Source: an uncultured Candidatus Saccharimonas sp. (GTDB lineage: Bacteria > Patescibacteriota > Saccharimonadia > Saccharimonadales > AQU-01). Taken from it: a DNA stretch of 64,000 nt. Location of the stretch: NCBI GenBank assembly GCA_943358095.1, contig CALRGT010000004.1:1997-65996 (forward strand), given 5' to 3'. Both the position numbers and the translations under genes were made by a program. Position 1 is the first letter of the stretch; each line of letters opens with the position of its first letter. A model generated the notes under the pieces. The model was not told where the DNA came from, searched no databases, and saw nothing but the letters and a program-made list of their open reading frames with translations. This document shows, piece after piece, positions 44,417-53,235 of the stretch.

Positions 44417-45079
44417 CTAGTTACTTTCTTTGTTAGTAGTTACTTTTTCCTGCGCTTCAAGTGCTGTTCTTATCTGTAATAAGGTTGGCTTTATAGTGTT
44501 CTTGATGTAAGCCTTAATATCAGCTGCATCGGCAATTAGCTTGGTGTTAGCTGTACGTGCTGACTCAAGAACAGCTTTGAATCCGGTAGGGTCGGTGACA
44601 CAGTCATGTAGTTTCAAATCGCTTAAAGCTGTCTTGTATGTTGCTAGATCAGTGTTGAACAACGCTATCTTAGTATTCAGTAGGGCTATTTCTTGTTCTA
44701 GAGTTGTTGTGACTACGCCTTTAGCTTTGAGTTTTGCGACAGTTTCCGTCAATTTCGTTGCTACTTCGGTGTATGCCTTGGAGCGTTCTTTAACATTTAG
44801 GTCTGTTTTTTCACCTATAGTCTTAATCTTCAATTGTGCAGGCTTACACTTAGACTTTATACTTTCGACTTCTTTAGCTTCAGGCTTGACCTTAAGCTCA
44901 ATTTTTTCTTTTTCTAATCTTACCGCTCTATCCTTTATTTCGTTAGCTGATTCTGCTACCGAACTACTAGTATCCATTGTAGTGGTGGTATTATTGGTTT
45001 CAGCTGACGCCATAGGCGCTATTACAAGCAATCCTAAAGCAACAACAGAAAGCGCTATTCTTCTAAAATATACGTTCAT
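44417..45079 (-). CDS. secreted alpha-helical/coiled-coil protein
   Basis: 220 aa with a signal peptide (...APMASAE) and Lys/Glu/Thr-rich helices. The opposite-strand ORF 44541-45101 is judged a shadow. Confidence 0.5.
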   Translation of the reverse strand: MNVYFRRIALSVVALGLLVIAPMASAETNNTTTTMDTSSSVAESANEIKDRAVRLEKEKIELKVKPEAKEVESIKSKCKPAQLKIKTIGEKTDLNVKERSKAYTEVATKLTETVAKLKAKGVVTTTLEQEIALLNTKIALFNTDLATYKTALSDLKLHDCVTDPTGFKAVLESARTANTKLIADAADIKAYIKNTIKPTLLQIRTALEAQEKVTTNKESN

Positions 45080-45176
45080 ATGCTTTTATTTCCTTTATTA
45101 AATACAATACATATATTCTACCATAAGCATCTACAGTCTTACTCCTAATCCCTGCAAACTAAGTTCTTTTTTCCTC

Positions 45177-47108
45177 TTAGTAATAACCTTGGTCGATGCC
45201 GATAGTATTTGTGACATCTTTGATCTTTTTCGCTTCGCCACCATCTAGATTCAACACATAGTCAGCAGTCTCCTGGCTAGTGTGTATGCGATAAACTACG
45301 GTATTGTTGCTCAACCATCTTACTGTACTAATTAAACCACTCTGAGTTTTAAGGGCCTTGTCGGTCTTAGTTATTGTGTCGTAGGCCAAAAGCACGCCCT
45401 TACCGTCTCTTTCTTCTACCCAAAGACTATGCTTAAGATCTGGGCTATCAAAGTATGTAAAGCTCTTAAGTCCAGCTGGCTGGCCCGCCAACTTAGTTGT
45501 TGTCGTAGTACCTATCTTATAGTCATACCAGTCTTGATCTACAGATAAAGTCATCTTTTCATAGGTCGAGCGGAAGATATTCCACACTAACTTATTAACA
45601 ACAATCTGTTTACCTGAGCCATCTACATTAATCTTACTAAAGTTTGAAGAGCCGTCATCCAGAGTCAGTCCTGTGTTGGCGTAATAAACAACGCCTCCGA
45701 CTAATACAGTATCGTTAAAATAATTCCCTGCTGCTAGTTCGCGCTTATCGGTCGTCTTATAGTCGTAGCTCATTATGCGATAACGTTTTTCACTAAACGC
45801 GCTAGCCCCGGCTACGATCTGCATATAAACAAGTCTATCGCCCGACCAACCAATCAATTTAATACTCTCTGACTGCGTGATACTTTTGGTAGAATTGTCA
45901 CTAAGATTAATTATAAGTAAAGTGCTAAGCAAAAATCCGTCCTTATTACGCGCATTGTCTCTAGTGGACACATATGCGGTGAACTCGTCCGCTGGATGAG
46001 ATAGCAATGCCATACCTTCTTGCTCAGAACCCGTACCCTTAAGTATTAAGCCCTCGTTCTTTCCGTCGACATCCACTTTAAATAGGTCATACTTTCCTGT
46101 TCTTTTAGATATAAACACGCTTTTGCGAGCAGGAACCATCTGTACGATTTGTTCAGCCTTACTATCAACCGATATGCTGACCTTTTCTGTTCTATAAGAT
46201 TTAGCGTTGACTGTAATGACAATATTCTGAACATTACTAGGATCTGTAGCTATCAAAACTTTGCCGTTCTTATCTGCTGTAGATATAGCCTCACCTACTC
46301 CAGCCTCTGCATAATCAATAGGCAAGCCAGACAGTAAATCCTTAACAACAAAACTATACTGAGTTCCAACTGCTTTTAGGTTGAAGTTACCAATAGGATT
46401 ACTACCCCAACCAATAGTTATTACTTTTGATAATTCTGCATACGCTCGTTTTTTGATGCGTAAAGTAGTCTTGCCAAGCTTAACTTTCTTAACTGTCGCC
46501 TTTCCATCTCCATCGGTCAAGCTACTTTGACCATTTATTGTTACTTCAATATTTTTAAGTGGCTGCTGACTCGACTCTTCTAATACAGTCAACGAAACAC
46601 TTGATCTGACGCCGGCAGTATTTAAGAGGAAGTACCTACTCTGAGGCACAAAAATAGTCATCAATATAAATAAGAAAATAATGATTATTGTTCGCCATCT
46701 ATTTGTTGGGTTTCCCCATAAAATATCTGCTAGTTTATGAAGTTTAGCGCCAATTCTCTTTTTGCTAGGCAGAAAAGCCTTGGCAACTTCTGCGTCTTCA
46801 GACTCTAGTACGGTATCAGCCTCCTTGGCAACAATGTCGTCAACAGCCTCACTTGTGGTACTGTCCTCTTCAACATTTTCATCATCTAATATATCTAAAT
46901 CTTTCGAGCTAGTTACCTCTACAAAAACCGGATCCTTAACTACAACTTTTGCCGGCTCTTCTATTTTAGGTTTTTTTAAGCCCCGTGACTCTAATATCTC
47001 ATCTTCTGTTGCTTCTTGAGGTGGCGGCCCCATTAATTCACGCATCTTCTTGTCTATTGCTTTCTGATTACCAGCTTGCGGGAGTCCTTCGATCTCCTTG
47101 TCTTTCAT
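45177..47108 (-). CDS. large membrane-anchored surface protein with Ig-like and TolB-like beta-propeller regions
   Basis: 643 aa with an acidic cytoplasmic N-terminus and one TM helix. These are followed by beta-rich repeats, including PD40-like segments (GKYDLFKVDVDGKNEGLI). Confidence 0.5.
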   Translation of the reverse strand: MKDKEIEGLPQAGNQKAIDKKMRELMGPPPQEATEDEILESRGLKKPKIEEPAKVVVKDPVFVEVTSSKDLDILDDENVEEDSTTSEAVDDIVAKEADTVLESEDAEVAKAFLPSKKRIGAKLHKLADILWGNPTNRWRTIIIIFLFILMTIFVPQSRYFLLNTAGVRSSVSLTVLEESSQQPLKNIEVTINGQSSLTDGDGKATVKKVKLGKTTLRIKKRAYAELSKVITIGWGSNPIGNFNLKAVGTQYSFVVKDLLSGLPIDYAEAGVGEAISTADKNGKVLIATDPSNVQNIVITVNAKSYRTEKVSISVDSKAEQIVQMVPARKSVFISKRTGKYDLFKVDVDGKNEGLILKGTGSEQEGMALLSHPADEFTAYVSTRDNARNKDGFLLSTLLIINLSDNSTKSITQSESIKLIGWSGDRLVYMQIVAGASAFSEKRYRIMSYDYKTTDKRELAAGNYFNDTVLVGGVVYYANTGLTLDDGSSNFSKINVDGSGKQIVVNKLVWNIFRSTYEKMTLSVDQDWYDYKIGTTTTTKLAGQPAGLKSFTYFDSPDLKHSLWVEERDGKGVLLAYDTITKTDKALKTQSGLISTVRWLSNNTVVYRIHTSQETADYVLNLDGGEAKKIKDVTNTIGIDQGYY

Positions 47109-47440
47109 GACAATCCCCTCAATTGCGAAGCTTTACTAGACTTACTCATATAGCCTGTCGCGACAATGCATGCAAGAATAATCAAGCCACCAAAAATAAA
47201 TACTTGATAGTGGTGATTTATTGGCTTTACTGATGATGGGATAGATATGCTTGATGCGACAGTTGAGTCGAACGGCTTAAAACCAACATCACCCACACTT
47301 GTAATCTTAATCTTATTATCAGAATTATTTATATTCACCGTACTAGGCTGTAAATTAGTAGTCTCTGCGGCTAATGTCTGGCCGTTAGTAGTTTGAGGAT
47401 TTGGTGAAATTTCTGTCTGATTCTGGTTATCCATTAGCAT
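47105..47440 (-). CDS. small C-terminally anchored protein
   Basis: 111 aa, Asn/Thr/Ser-rich, with one TM helix near the C-terminus. ATGA overlap with the downstream gene. Confidence 0.45.
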   Translation of the reverse strand: MLMDNQNQTEISPNPQTTNGQTLAAETTNLQPSTVNINNSDNKIKITSVGDVGFKPFDSTVASSISIPSSVKPINHHYQVFIFGGLIILACIVATGYMSKSSKASQLRGLS

Positions 47441-47535
47441 TAAGTATATAGGAGATTAGCGCTTTATAAAATGCACCACGAATTAAGTGATTTCTTAAAG
47501 ATAAATCACTGCTTCACTCGTTAATGTTTATGAGA

Positions 47536-47763
47536 TTATTCTGTGTAGTTATTGTTGTCGTGATTATCCGTAAAGAACCCTGGCTGGATGGTATGACGCG
47601 GGAAGTAGTGACCAAAAACCTTCTTTGCCCTGTCTACTGTCATGCCATAATGATCAATTCCGGACTGAATTGCATTCTTTGCGGCTTCGGCTTCATTATA
47701 CGAATTATTGTTATTTTCTGGACTGAACGAACTATGCTTTGACTCGTCGTGATTTTGTTCCAT
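47536..47763 (-). CDS. hypothetical small hydrophilic protein
   Basis: 75 aa. Preferred over the overlapping plus-strand ORF 47524-47742 on composition grounds. Confidence 0.35.
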   Translation of the reverse strand: MEQNHDESKHSSFSPENNNNSYNEAEAAKNAIQSGIDHYGMTVDRAKKVFGHYFPRHTIQPGFFTDNHDNNNYTE

Positions 47764-47967
47764 AATAATTTATTATACGCCGATTATACAAAAGTCAAGT
47801 CAAACCCACGCGCGGCGCATCACTACTATCTGTATCTGTTAAGTTGTGAAAATTTCAACAAGAAATGCGTCGCTGATATCCGATTAAAGCCAAATTTAAA
47901 CTAGATACTTAACTTGTAAAGTAAATTAGATTAGCGTTAATGCGTCAATCACTTACAGCTCTCGTTC

Positions 47968-48363
47968 TTACTTATTACTAGTTATCCACTCAGCAACAAC
48001 CTCGGGTACTGGCATAACACTCAACCGACTGTGCCTGACCAGCAAAAAGTCCTGGCAAATCGGGTTAGCTTTGATTTCAGCTAAAGTGATTGGATTTATT
48101 TTTGACACAAACTTTAGTTCTATCGCCCACGAATGCCTCGGATCTTCAGTATTTAAAAATGGCTCACTAGTTGCTTCGGCCAAGCCAACAATAGCTTTGT
48201 CGGTCATTGATAAATAAACAAATACTTGATCACCAGGCTGCATGGTCTTGATAACGTTGATGGCCTGATAATTATGGACGCCATCCCAAATCGTCTTCTT
48301 ATCACATATAAAATCTTCCAAACTATAGGTATCGGGGTCGGTTTTAACTAAAAAATAAGCCAT
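47968..48363 (-). CDS. EVE (PUA-like) domain protein
   Basis: 131 aa with MAYFLVKTDPDTYSLEDF...WDGVHNYQA...GDQVFVY...SRLSVMPV, typical of EVE domains. Confidence 0.8.
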   Translation of the reverse strand: MAYFLVKTDPDTYSLEDFICDKKTIWDGVHNYQAINVIKTMQPGDQVFVYLSMTDKAIVGLAEATSEPFLNTEDPRHSWAIELKFVSKINPITLAEIKANPICQDFLLVRHSRLSVMPVPEVVAEWITSNK

Positions 48364-48366
48364 AGA

Positions 48367-48690
48367 TTAATCTTTGCTCGACTTGTTACGGAAATGTTTT
48401 ATGTAGATCGCCCATAAGATGCTTACTGCTAATGCCGTGACAATTATTGTGCCACCAATTACGAGACTACTATTCTTATTGGATTGGACCGTCGAACCGT
48501 CATGTACTGCTCCTGAAGCTTCAGAGCTTAGCAGGTCTATTGCTGCATTATTACTTGTTTTGGCGGGCTGTTCAACGTTTTGAATTGCTGAAGGATCAGT
48601 CGTTTGAGTAGTCTGAATATTCGCTGCAGTCGAGTCGCCGACCGGTTGCTGATCACCCTCACTATTAGTAACTTTTAGTACAGATTGCAT
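48367..48690 (-). CDS. small C-terminally anchored protein
   Basis: 107 aa with a Thr/Gln/Ser-rich N-terminus and one TM helix near the C-terminus. Confidence 0.45.
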   Translation of the reverse strand: MQSVLKVTNSEGDQQPVGDSTAANIQTTQTTDPSAIQNVEQPAKTSNNAAIDLLSSEASGAVHDGSTVQSNKNSSLVIGGTIIVTALAVSILWAIYIKHFRNKSSKD

Positions 48691-48769
48691 ATATTTATTC
48701 TACCTCATAATCATTTTATAATTTTTAATTAACGTGCGCATATTTTGCAATTTAACGTTGCAAAAATGC

Positions 48770-48798
48770 TTGACAAGCATATTCAGGTGACGTAATCT
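48770..48798 (+). promoter_or_regulatory. sigma-70-type promoter candidate
   Basis: TTGACA-17 nt-TAATCT. It is preceded by the perfect inverted repeat TTTTGCAA-N7-TTGCAAAA (48744-48766). Confidence 0.5.
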
Positions 48799-48914
48799 CG
48801 AATAATGGTTAATTACATATCAAGCGCATCAATTAAGAACATCGCGATTGTGGCCCCAAATGGGGAGTGCTTGTGTTTGTAAAAAATCGATAACAATAAT
48901 AAACGCAAGAAACC

Positions 48915-48946
48915 ACTCCCCGAAGCAATCCGGGGAGTTTTTATTT
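48915..48946 (+). terminator. leader terminator (attenuator) upstream of the 48963 CDS
   Basis: ACTCCCCG-AAGCAATC-CGGGGAGT followed by TTTTTATTT. It lies 17 nt before the start codon. An upstream GGGGAGTG can pair with CACTCCCC as an antiterminator. Confidence 0.6.
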
Positions 48947-48962
48947 GCAAAGGAGAAAAGGA

Positions 48963-49268
48963 ATGAGTGTCATGGAAATGGACAAAAGCAGGTTCGACAA
49001 TTCACAAGAAGGGCTAAACCTCCAAACAGAAACATTAAATAAACGTAGTAGAGTTAGCGATTTTGTTGGCAGAATAGCAGATGTCGCAAGCATCTGGCCA
49101 AAAAGTGAACGAGTCGGAAATAGTGAACACGAAAGAGTAACGGGACTAAGTGGCGAAAAGGAAAAACGAGAACACAATCCTTTAATGCCAGTACCTACCT
49201 TTCAGCACGAATTTCAAAATCAAGAGCATCCTGACTTTTTGCCAGGATCACACGGCTTTAGCGACTGA
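48963..49268 (+). CDS. hypothetical protein
   Basis: ORF 48945-49268 trimmed to ATG 48963 (AGGAG 7 nt upstream). 101 aa, hydrophilic, no motif. Confidence 0.5.
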   Translation: MSVMEMDKSRFDNSQEGLNLQTETLNKRSRVSDFVGRIADVASIWPKSERVGNSEHERVTGLSGEKEKREHNPLMPVPTFQHEFQNQEHPDFLPGSHGFSD

Positions 49269-49323
49269 CGCATTAGATCCACGTGTATAATAGCGTCTTT
49301 AACTCAACCGAAGGTAGGCCAAA

Positions 49324-49521
49324 ATGGACAGACAGCCTTTTAGCTGGGAAATATTCGATAACAATATATCCAAAGCAATTGGACGAGCGGACAATCTCCG
49401 CCCGTCAGTCTTGTTTGAGCCAAAAAACATAATTACTGAGCAAAAAGTTGCCGACTATACCGGGCATCTACTAGCAGTTATCGACGAGCTGCTTGGCGAC
49501 AATCCTGCAGCAGAGCTTTAG
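49324..49521 (+). CDS. hypothetical small protein
   Basis: 65-aa ORF with GAAGGTAGG upstream. No motif. Confidence 0.4.
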   Translation: MDRQPFSWEIFDNNISKAIGRADNLRPSVLFEPKNIITEQKVADYTGHLLAVIDELLGDNPAAEL

Positions 49522-49523
49522 AA

Positions 49524-50837
49524 TTAAGGCGTGAGGCGATTTATATCGCGTGGGAATAGTGTAGCTTCTTTGACGTTACTAAGTCCGATTATTTTTTGAG
49601 TTAGGCGCTCTAGTCCCATACCGAATCCGCCATGAGCCGGCATACCAGCTTGCATAGCCATTAGGAAATACTTAAAGCCTGGATCTTCCGGATTGCCTTT
49701 GGCTTTTTCAATCAATTGCTTCAAAACTACTTCATAACGATTCTCTCGCATACTACCAGTAATGATCTCCACTCCTCTAAATAACAGGTCAAATCTATCG
49801 GCAAACTCAGGTTTGTCGGCTTGAGCTTTATGATAAAACTTCATCTCACTAGCTGGCCAATCGGTAACAAATACGGCCTCAGAACCAAACTTCTTCTTGG
49901 CGTAGTCACATATCCACTTCTCTTCTGAAGGGGTTAGATCTTTAAGGTCGGCAATCTTATCTTTTGTAGCTTTTTCGTATAATTCATGGATTTCGCTCAT
50001 TGGAATAGAAGGAAAAACATCAGTCAAAACTGGCTTCGTAGCATTCCAGCGCTTCAACTCAACATCATACTCGCCCCAGGCTGCATCAACAGCAGATGTA
50101 ATTAGTCCGCTTAAAAATACTTTAATATCATCTATATCGACAAAGCCCATTTCGCCATCAACGCTGATATATTCTGTCATATGTCTAGTAGTAGCGCTCG
50201 GTTCGGCTCGATAAACTGGCGCGATTTCATAAACTCGCTCAAAAACACCAACCATCATCTGCTTATAAAATTGAGGGCTTTGCGCCAAAGTAGCCTCTTG
50301 ACCAAAATAATCTAGCTTGAAAACTTCGGCGCCGCCTTCTGTTGCTGATGCCAATAGCTTAGGGGTTTGTATTTCCGTAAAGCCGTTTTCGTGGAAGTGA
50401 TTCCTTATCGCCCTAGTTATCGCGCCACGAATCTTAAATATAGCGGCTTCCTGAGTATTTCTAAGTCCTACAGTCCTGTACTCAAATAAAGTATCGAGAT
50501 TTTCTGGCTTATGATCTAGCGGCTTGTCTATTTCAATTGCCGGGGCTTCTTCGACTGGCACCAAAACTGTAATTTTTGGCTGATGCAACTCAGCGCCACC
50601 AGGAGCGCGCTCTTCTTTGACGACTTCACCAGTAACTTCTAGGACAGTACCAATTTGTAGGCCTCGCAACTTCTCAACTTCATCTTTGTCTTCTACGACA
50701 ATTTGCGTTAATCCAGATCTGTCGCGAACATTAATAAAAGCTAACCCACCAAGTAGGCGCTTTTTGTGAAGCCATCCCTTAATCATTACTGATCCACCGA
50801 TTTGGATTGATATATCTTTACTTAATGTTCGTTCCAT
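49524..50837 (-). CDS. aspS: aspartate--tRNA ligase, archaeal/eukaryotic type
   Basis: Class IIb pattern with an N-terminal OB fold, the LAQSPQFYKQ motif and GGFGMGLERL. Start trimmed from 50870 to ATG 50837 (AAGGA upstream). Confidence 0.85.
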   Translation of the reverse strand: MERTLSKDISIQIGGSVMIKGWLHKKRLLGGLAFINVRDRSGLTQIVVEDKDEVEKLRGLQIGTVLEVTGEVVKEERAPGGAELHQPKITVLVPVEEAPAIEIDKPLDHKPENLDTLFEYRTVGLRNTQEAAIFKIRGAITRAIRNHFHENGFTEIQTPKLLASATEGGAEVFKLDYFGQEATLAQSPQFYKQMMVGVFERVYEIAPVYRAEPSATTRHMTEYISVDGEMGFVDIDDIKVFLSGLITSAVDAAWGEYDVELKRWNATKPVLTDVFPSIPMSEIHELYEKATKDKIADLKDLTPSEEKWICDYAKKKFGSEAVFVTDWPASEMKFYHKAQADKPEFADRFDLLFRGVEIITGSMRENRYEVVLKQLIEKAKGNPEDPGFKYFLMAMQAGMPAHGGFGMGLERLTQKIIGLSNVKEATLFPRDINRLTP

Positions 50838-50853
50838 ATTGTCCTTAAAGTTA

Positions 50854-51972
50854 CTAATTAGTGTATTCATCTTCTTGAATTTCTTCTAAAGCGAAATCGT
50901 TAACTGAATCTGTAAAACCAGAAGATATTTCATCTGATTCTACCACTGTTTCAACAGATACGGAAGCGTCATCAGGTTTTGTGAGCCTCAAGCCTTTATA
51001 TTTTGCTACGGCGGTCCTGTCATTAAATTGACCAAATTCATCTTCAATTTGTGTGCCTAAAATCTGCTCAAGTATCGCTTCGACAGTAACCACACCTACG
51101 AGATCGTCAAACCTATTTACTACTATAAATAAATTATGTTTGCTCTTTAGCATTACTGCCAAAGCCTGATCTAGCGGCTCTTCATCATGCATATAATAAA
51201 CATCCTTGCTCATAAGGGTACTTATCTTGCCGCCGGACTTAACATTTATAAGATCTTTTAAATAAAGCGTGCCTACTATTTCATCCTGATTCTTACCATG
51301 ATAAACAGGAAATCTATTTTTGCCGCTGTCGTGAAGTTCTGTTAATAAAATCGGCCCAAGAATCTCGTTGTCGGATATAGCAACAATGGAATTTGGGGGC
51401 GTCATTATTTCGCGAATAATTCTATCACCAAATGTCAACGCATTGCGTGCGGCTTTAAGTTCAGCCTCACTAAATCTACTATCAGACTGACCCGACTGGG
51501 CTTCTAATAAATCCAATAAATCATCTTTTTCGTACAGACCTGTGTGTTCGCTCGATATACGGCTATTCACTAGCTTTGCAACCGGACCTAAGATTGGATG
51601 CAGTAAATTTAGTGTCCATGCCAGAGGAGTAGCTAATAATCTGGCGGCTGTCAGCCCTGTTGTTGATCTCGTATTTGGCATCCAGGCAAATCCTAGCCAA
51701 ACAAAAATCAGACCCACAAGTACGGCTATCGGGGCAGACACAGACCGACTTAAGAAAACAAAAAATCCAGTCGCACCAAAGCCTATAAAGAGCCATAGCA
51801 GTATCTGCATGCTCGTTTCGTAATTAGATGCCTTATAGAGCAAAGCTGCCAACTCATCACCAGATCTAGCTCGCCTTTTAATTTCCTTTAGGGGTAAGTG
51901 GGTGTAGGCCTTTAGCAAACTTACCGAGCCGAAGGTAATGAGCGACAAAAATACGTAGATAACGATGTTCAT
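50854..51972 (-). CDS. CNNM/CorC-type membrane protein (DUF21 + CBS pair)
   Basis: 372 aa with 4 N-terminal TM helices followed by two CBS-like repeats. Acidic C-terminal tail. Confidence 0.8.
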   Translation of the reverse strand: MNIVIYVFLSLITFGSVSLLKAYTHLPLKEIKRRARSGDELAALLYKASNYETSMQILLWLFIGFGATGFFVFLSRSVSAPIAVLVGLIFVWLGFAWMPNTRSTTGLTAARLLATPLAWTLNLLHPILGPVAKLVNSRISSEHTGLYEKDDLLDLLEAQSGQSDSRFSEAELKAARNALTFGDRIIREIMTPPNSIVAISDNEILGPILLTELHDSGKNRFPVYHGKNQDEIVGTLYLKDLINVKSGGKISTLMSKDVYYMHDEEPLDQALAVMLKSKHNLFIVVNRFDDLVGVVTVEAILEQILGTQIEDEFGQFNDRTAVAKYKGLRLTKPDDASVSVETVVESDEISSGFTDSVNDFALEEIQEDEYTN

Positions 51973-52093
51973 ACTTACATTATATAGGAAGCCCCCAAAC
52001 GCAACTAGCTAGTCCACCCAATCTATATCAGGCCTCGCTATAGATAGCCCCTTATGGTATAATTATAAGTACAAATTGAGGAAAAGAGGTGTT

Positions 52094-52741
52094 ATGAGCA
52101 AAAGATTTTTGGCAGTATTGGCAGTGATAATTATAGCTTTTGCAGGTATTTCATATACAAGTAAAAGCAAGGCTAGCACTAGTGAAAATGGCGGCACAAA
52201 CAAAGACCAGACAACTAGCCATATAATAGGGTCCGGCAAAAAGAATATAACGCTAATTGAGTACGGGGACTACCAATGTCCGGCATGCGGCCAGTACCAT
52301 TCAATCGTTAAGGCTGTAGCCGAAAAATATAAAGACGACATATTCTTTCAGTTCCGAAATTATCCATTAATAACGATACATCCTAATGCACTTGCCGGCT
52401 CACGCGCAGCAGAAGCGGCTGGAAAGCAAAATAAATACTGGGAAATGCACGACCTTCTATATGAACAACAGAAAAGCTGGACCAGTGCGAACAATGCAAA
52501 GACTTTCTTCGAAGAATCAGCTAAACAGCTCGGCCTAGATTTAGCGAAATTTAATATCGACTACGCTAGCGATGAAACGAACAACTTCATAAACGCCGAC
52601 ATCAAAGCTGGGCATGCAATAAGTGCAGACTCAACCCCAACCTTTGTTCTAGACGGCAAAAAGATCGAAGAAAATCCTCGAGATCAAGCCAGCTTCAACA
52701 AACTTATTGAAGACGCTATAAAGGCAAAATCAGGAATCTAA
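52094..52741 (+). CDS. DsbA-like thiol:disulfide oxidoreductase, membrane anchored
   Basis: Start trimmed to ATG 52094. It has an N-terminal anchor and a thioredoxin-fold active site YQCPACGQYH. Confidence 0.8.
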   Translation: MSKRFLAVLAVIIIAFAGISYTSKSKASTSENGGTNKDQTTSHIIGSGKKNITLIEYGDYQCPACGQYHSIVKAVAEKYKDDIFFQFRNYPLITIHPNALAGSRAAEAAGKQNKYWEMHDLLYEQQKSWTSANNAKTFFEESAKQLGLDLAKFNIDYASDETNNFINADIKAGHAISADSTPTFVLDGKKIEENPRDQASFNKLIEDAIKAKSGI

Positions 52742-52763
52742 TAAGCCCCAGCTAGTCTCAAAC

Positions 52764-52795
52764 AAAAAAGGTACGAAATAATCGTACCTTTTTTA
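52764..52795. terminator. bidirectional intrinsic terminator
   Basis: AAAAAAGGTACGA-AATAA-TCGTACCTTTTTT. Confidence 0.75.
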
Positions 52796-53235
52796 TAGTA
52801 GTAGCTAATGCTAGTACTGGATGAACTGCTGCCATTTTGGTCGTCGAATTTTTACTTCCACAATACACCTCTTTGTTGATATTATTTTTATTTTGATTGA
52901 CACTTCGTAACTTCCCTCTACAAACCGACACCAGACCTCGTCACACGCACATTTTTTGTTGTTTTTGTCTTCGACGAAGTCTTTAACCTCGACTATCTGA
53001 AGTGCCTACAGTTTCTCACAACCAGCTTATGCTTGTCAACATAATTATTAAATAAATAATCACCACTGTTTATAGATGCATAAAATAGACAAAACTGACC
53101 TGCTTTTTACGCGAAAACTATCACTTATAGGACAAAATAGCGCACTTATTAATTTAGTCATATGGTGGCGACTTTTTGCTCATGAGTATACTCGAGCTCG
53201 TGATAGAATAAACTAAAGAGGGATAGATATTATTA

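Noticed and set aside
47524-47742. 72-aa plus-strand ORF overlapping 47536-47763
   Set aside because: Its translation is a hydrophobic, Ile/Val/Cys-rich low-complexity string. The minus-strand frame gives a more protein-like hydrophilic product. Both are weak, so only the minus ORF is listed, at low confidence.
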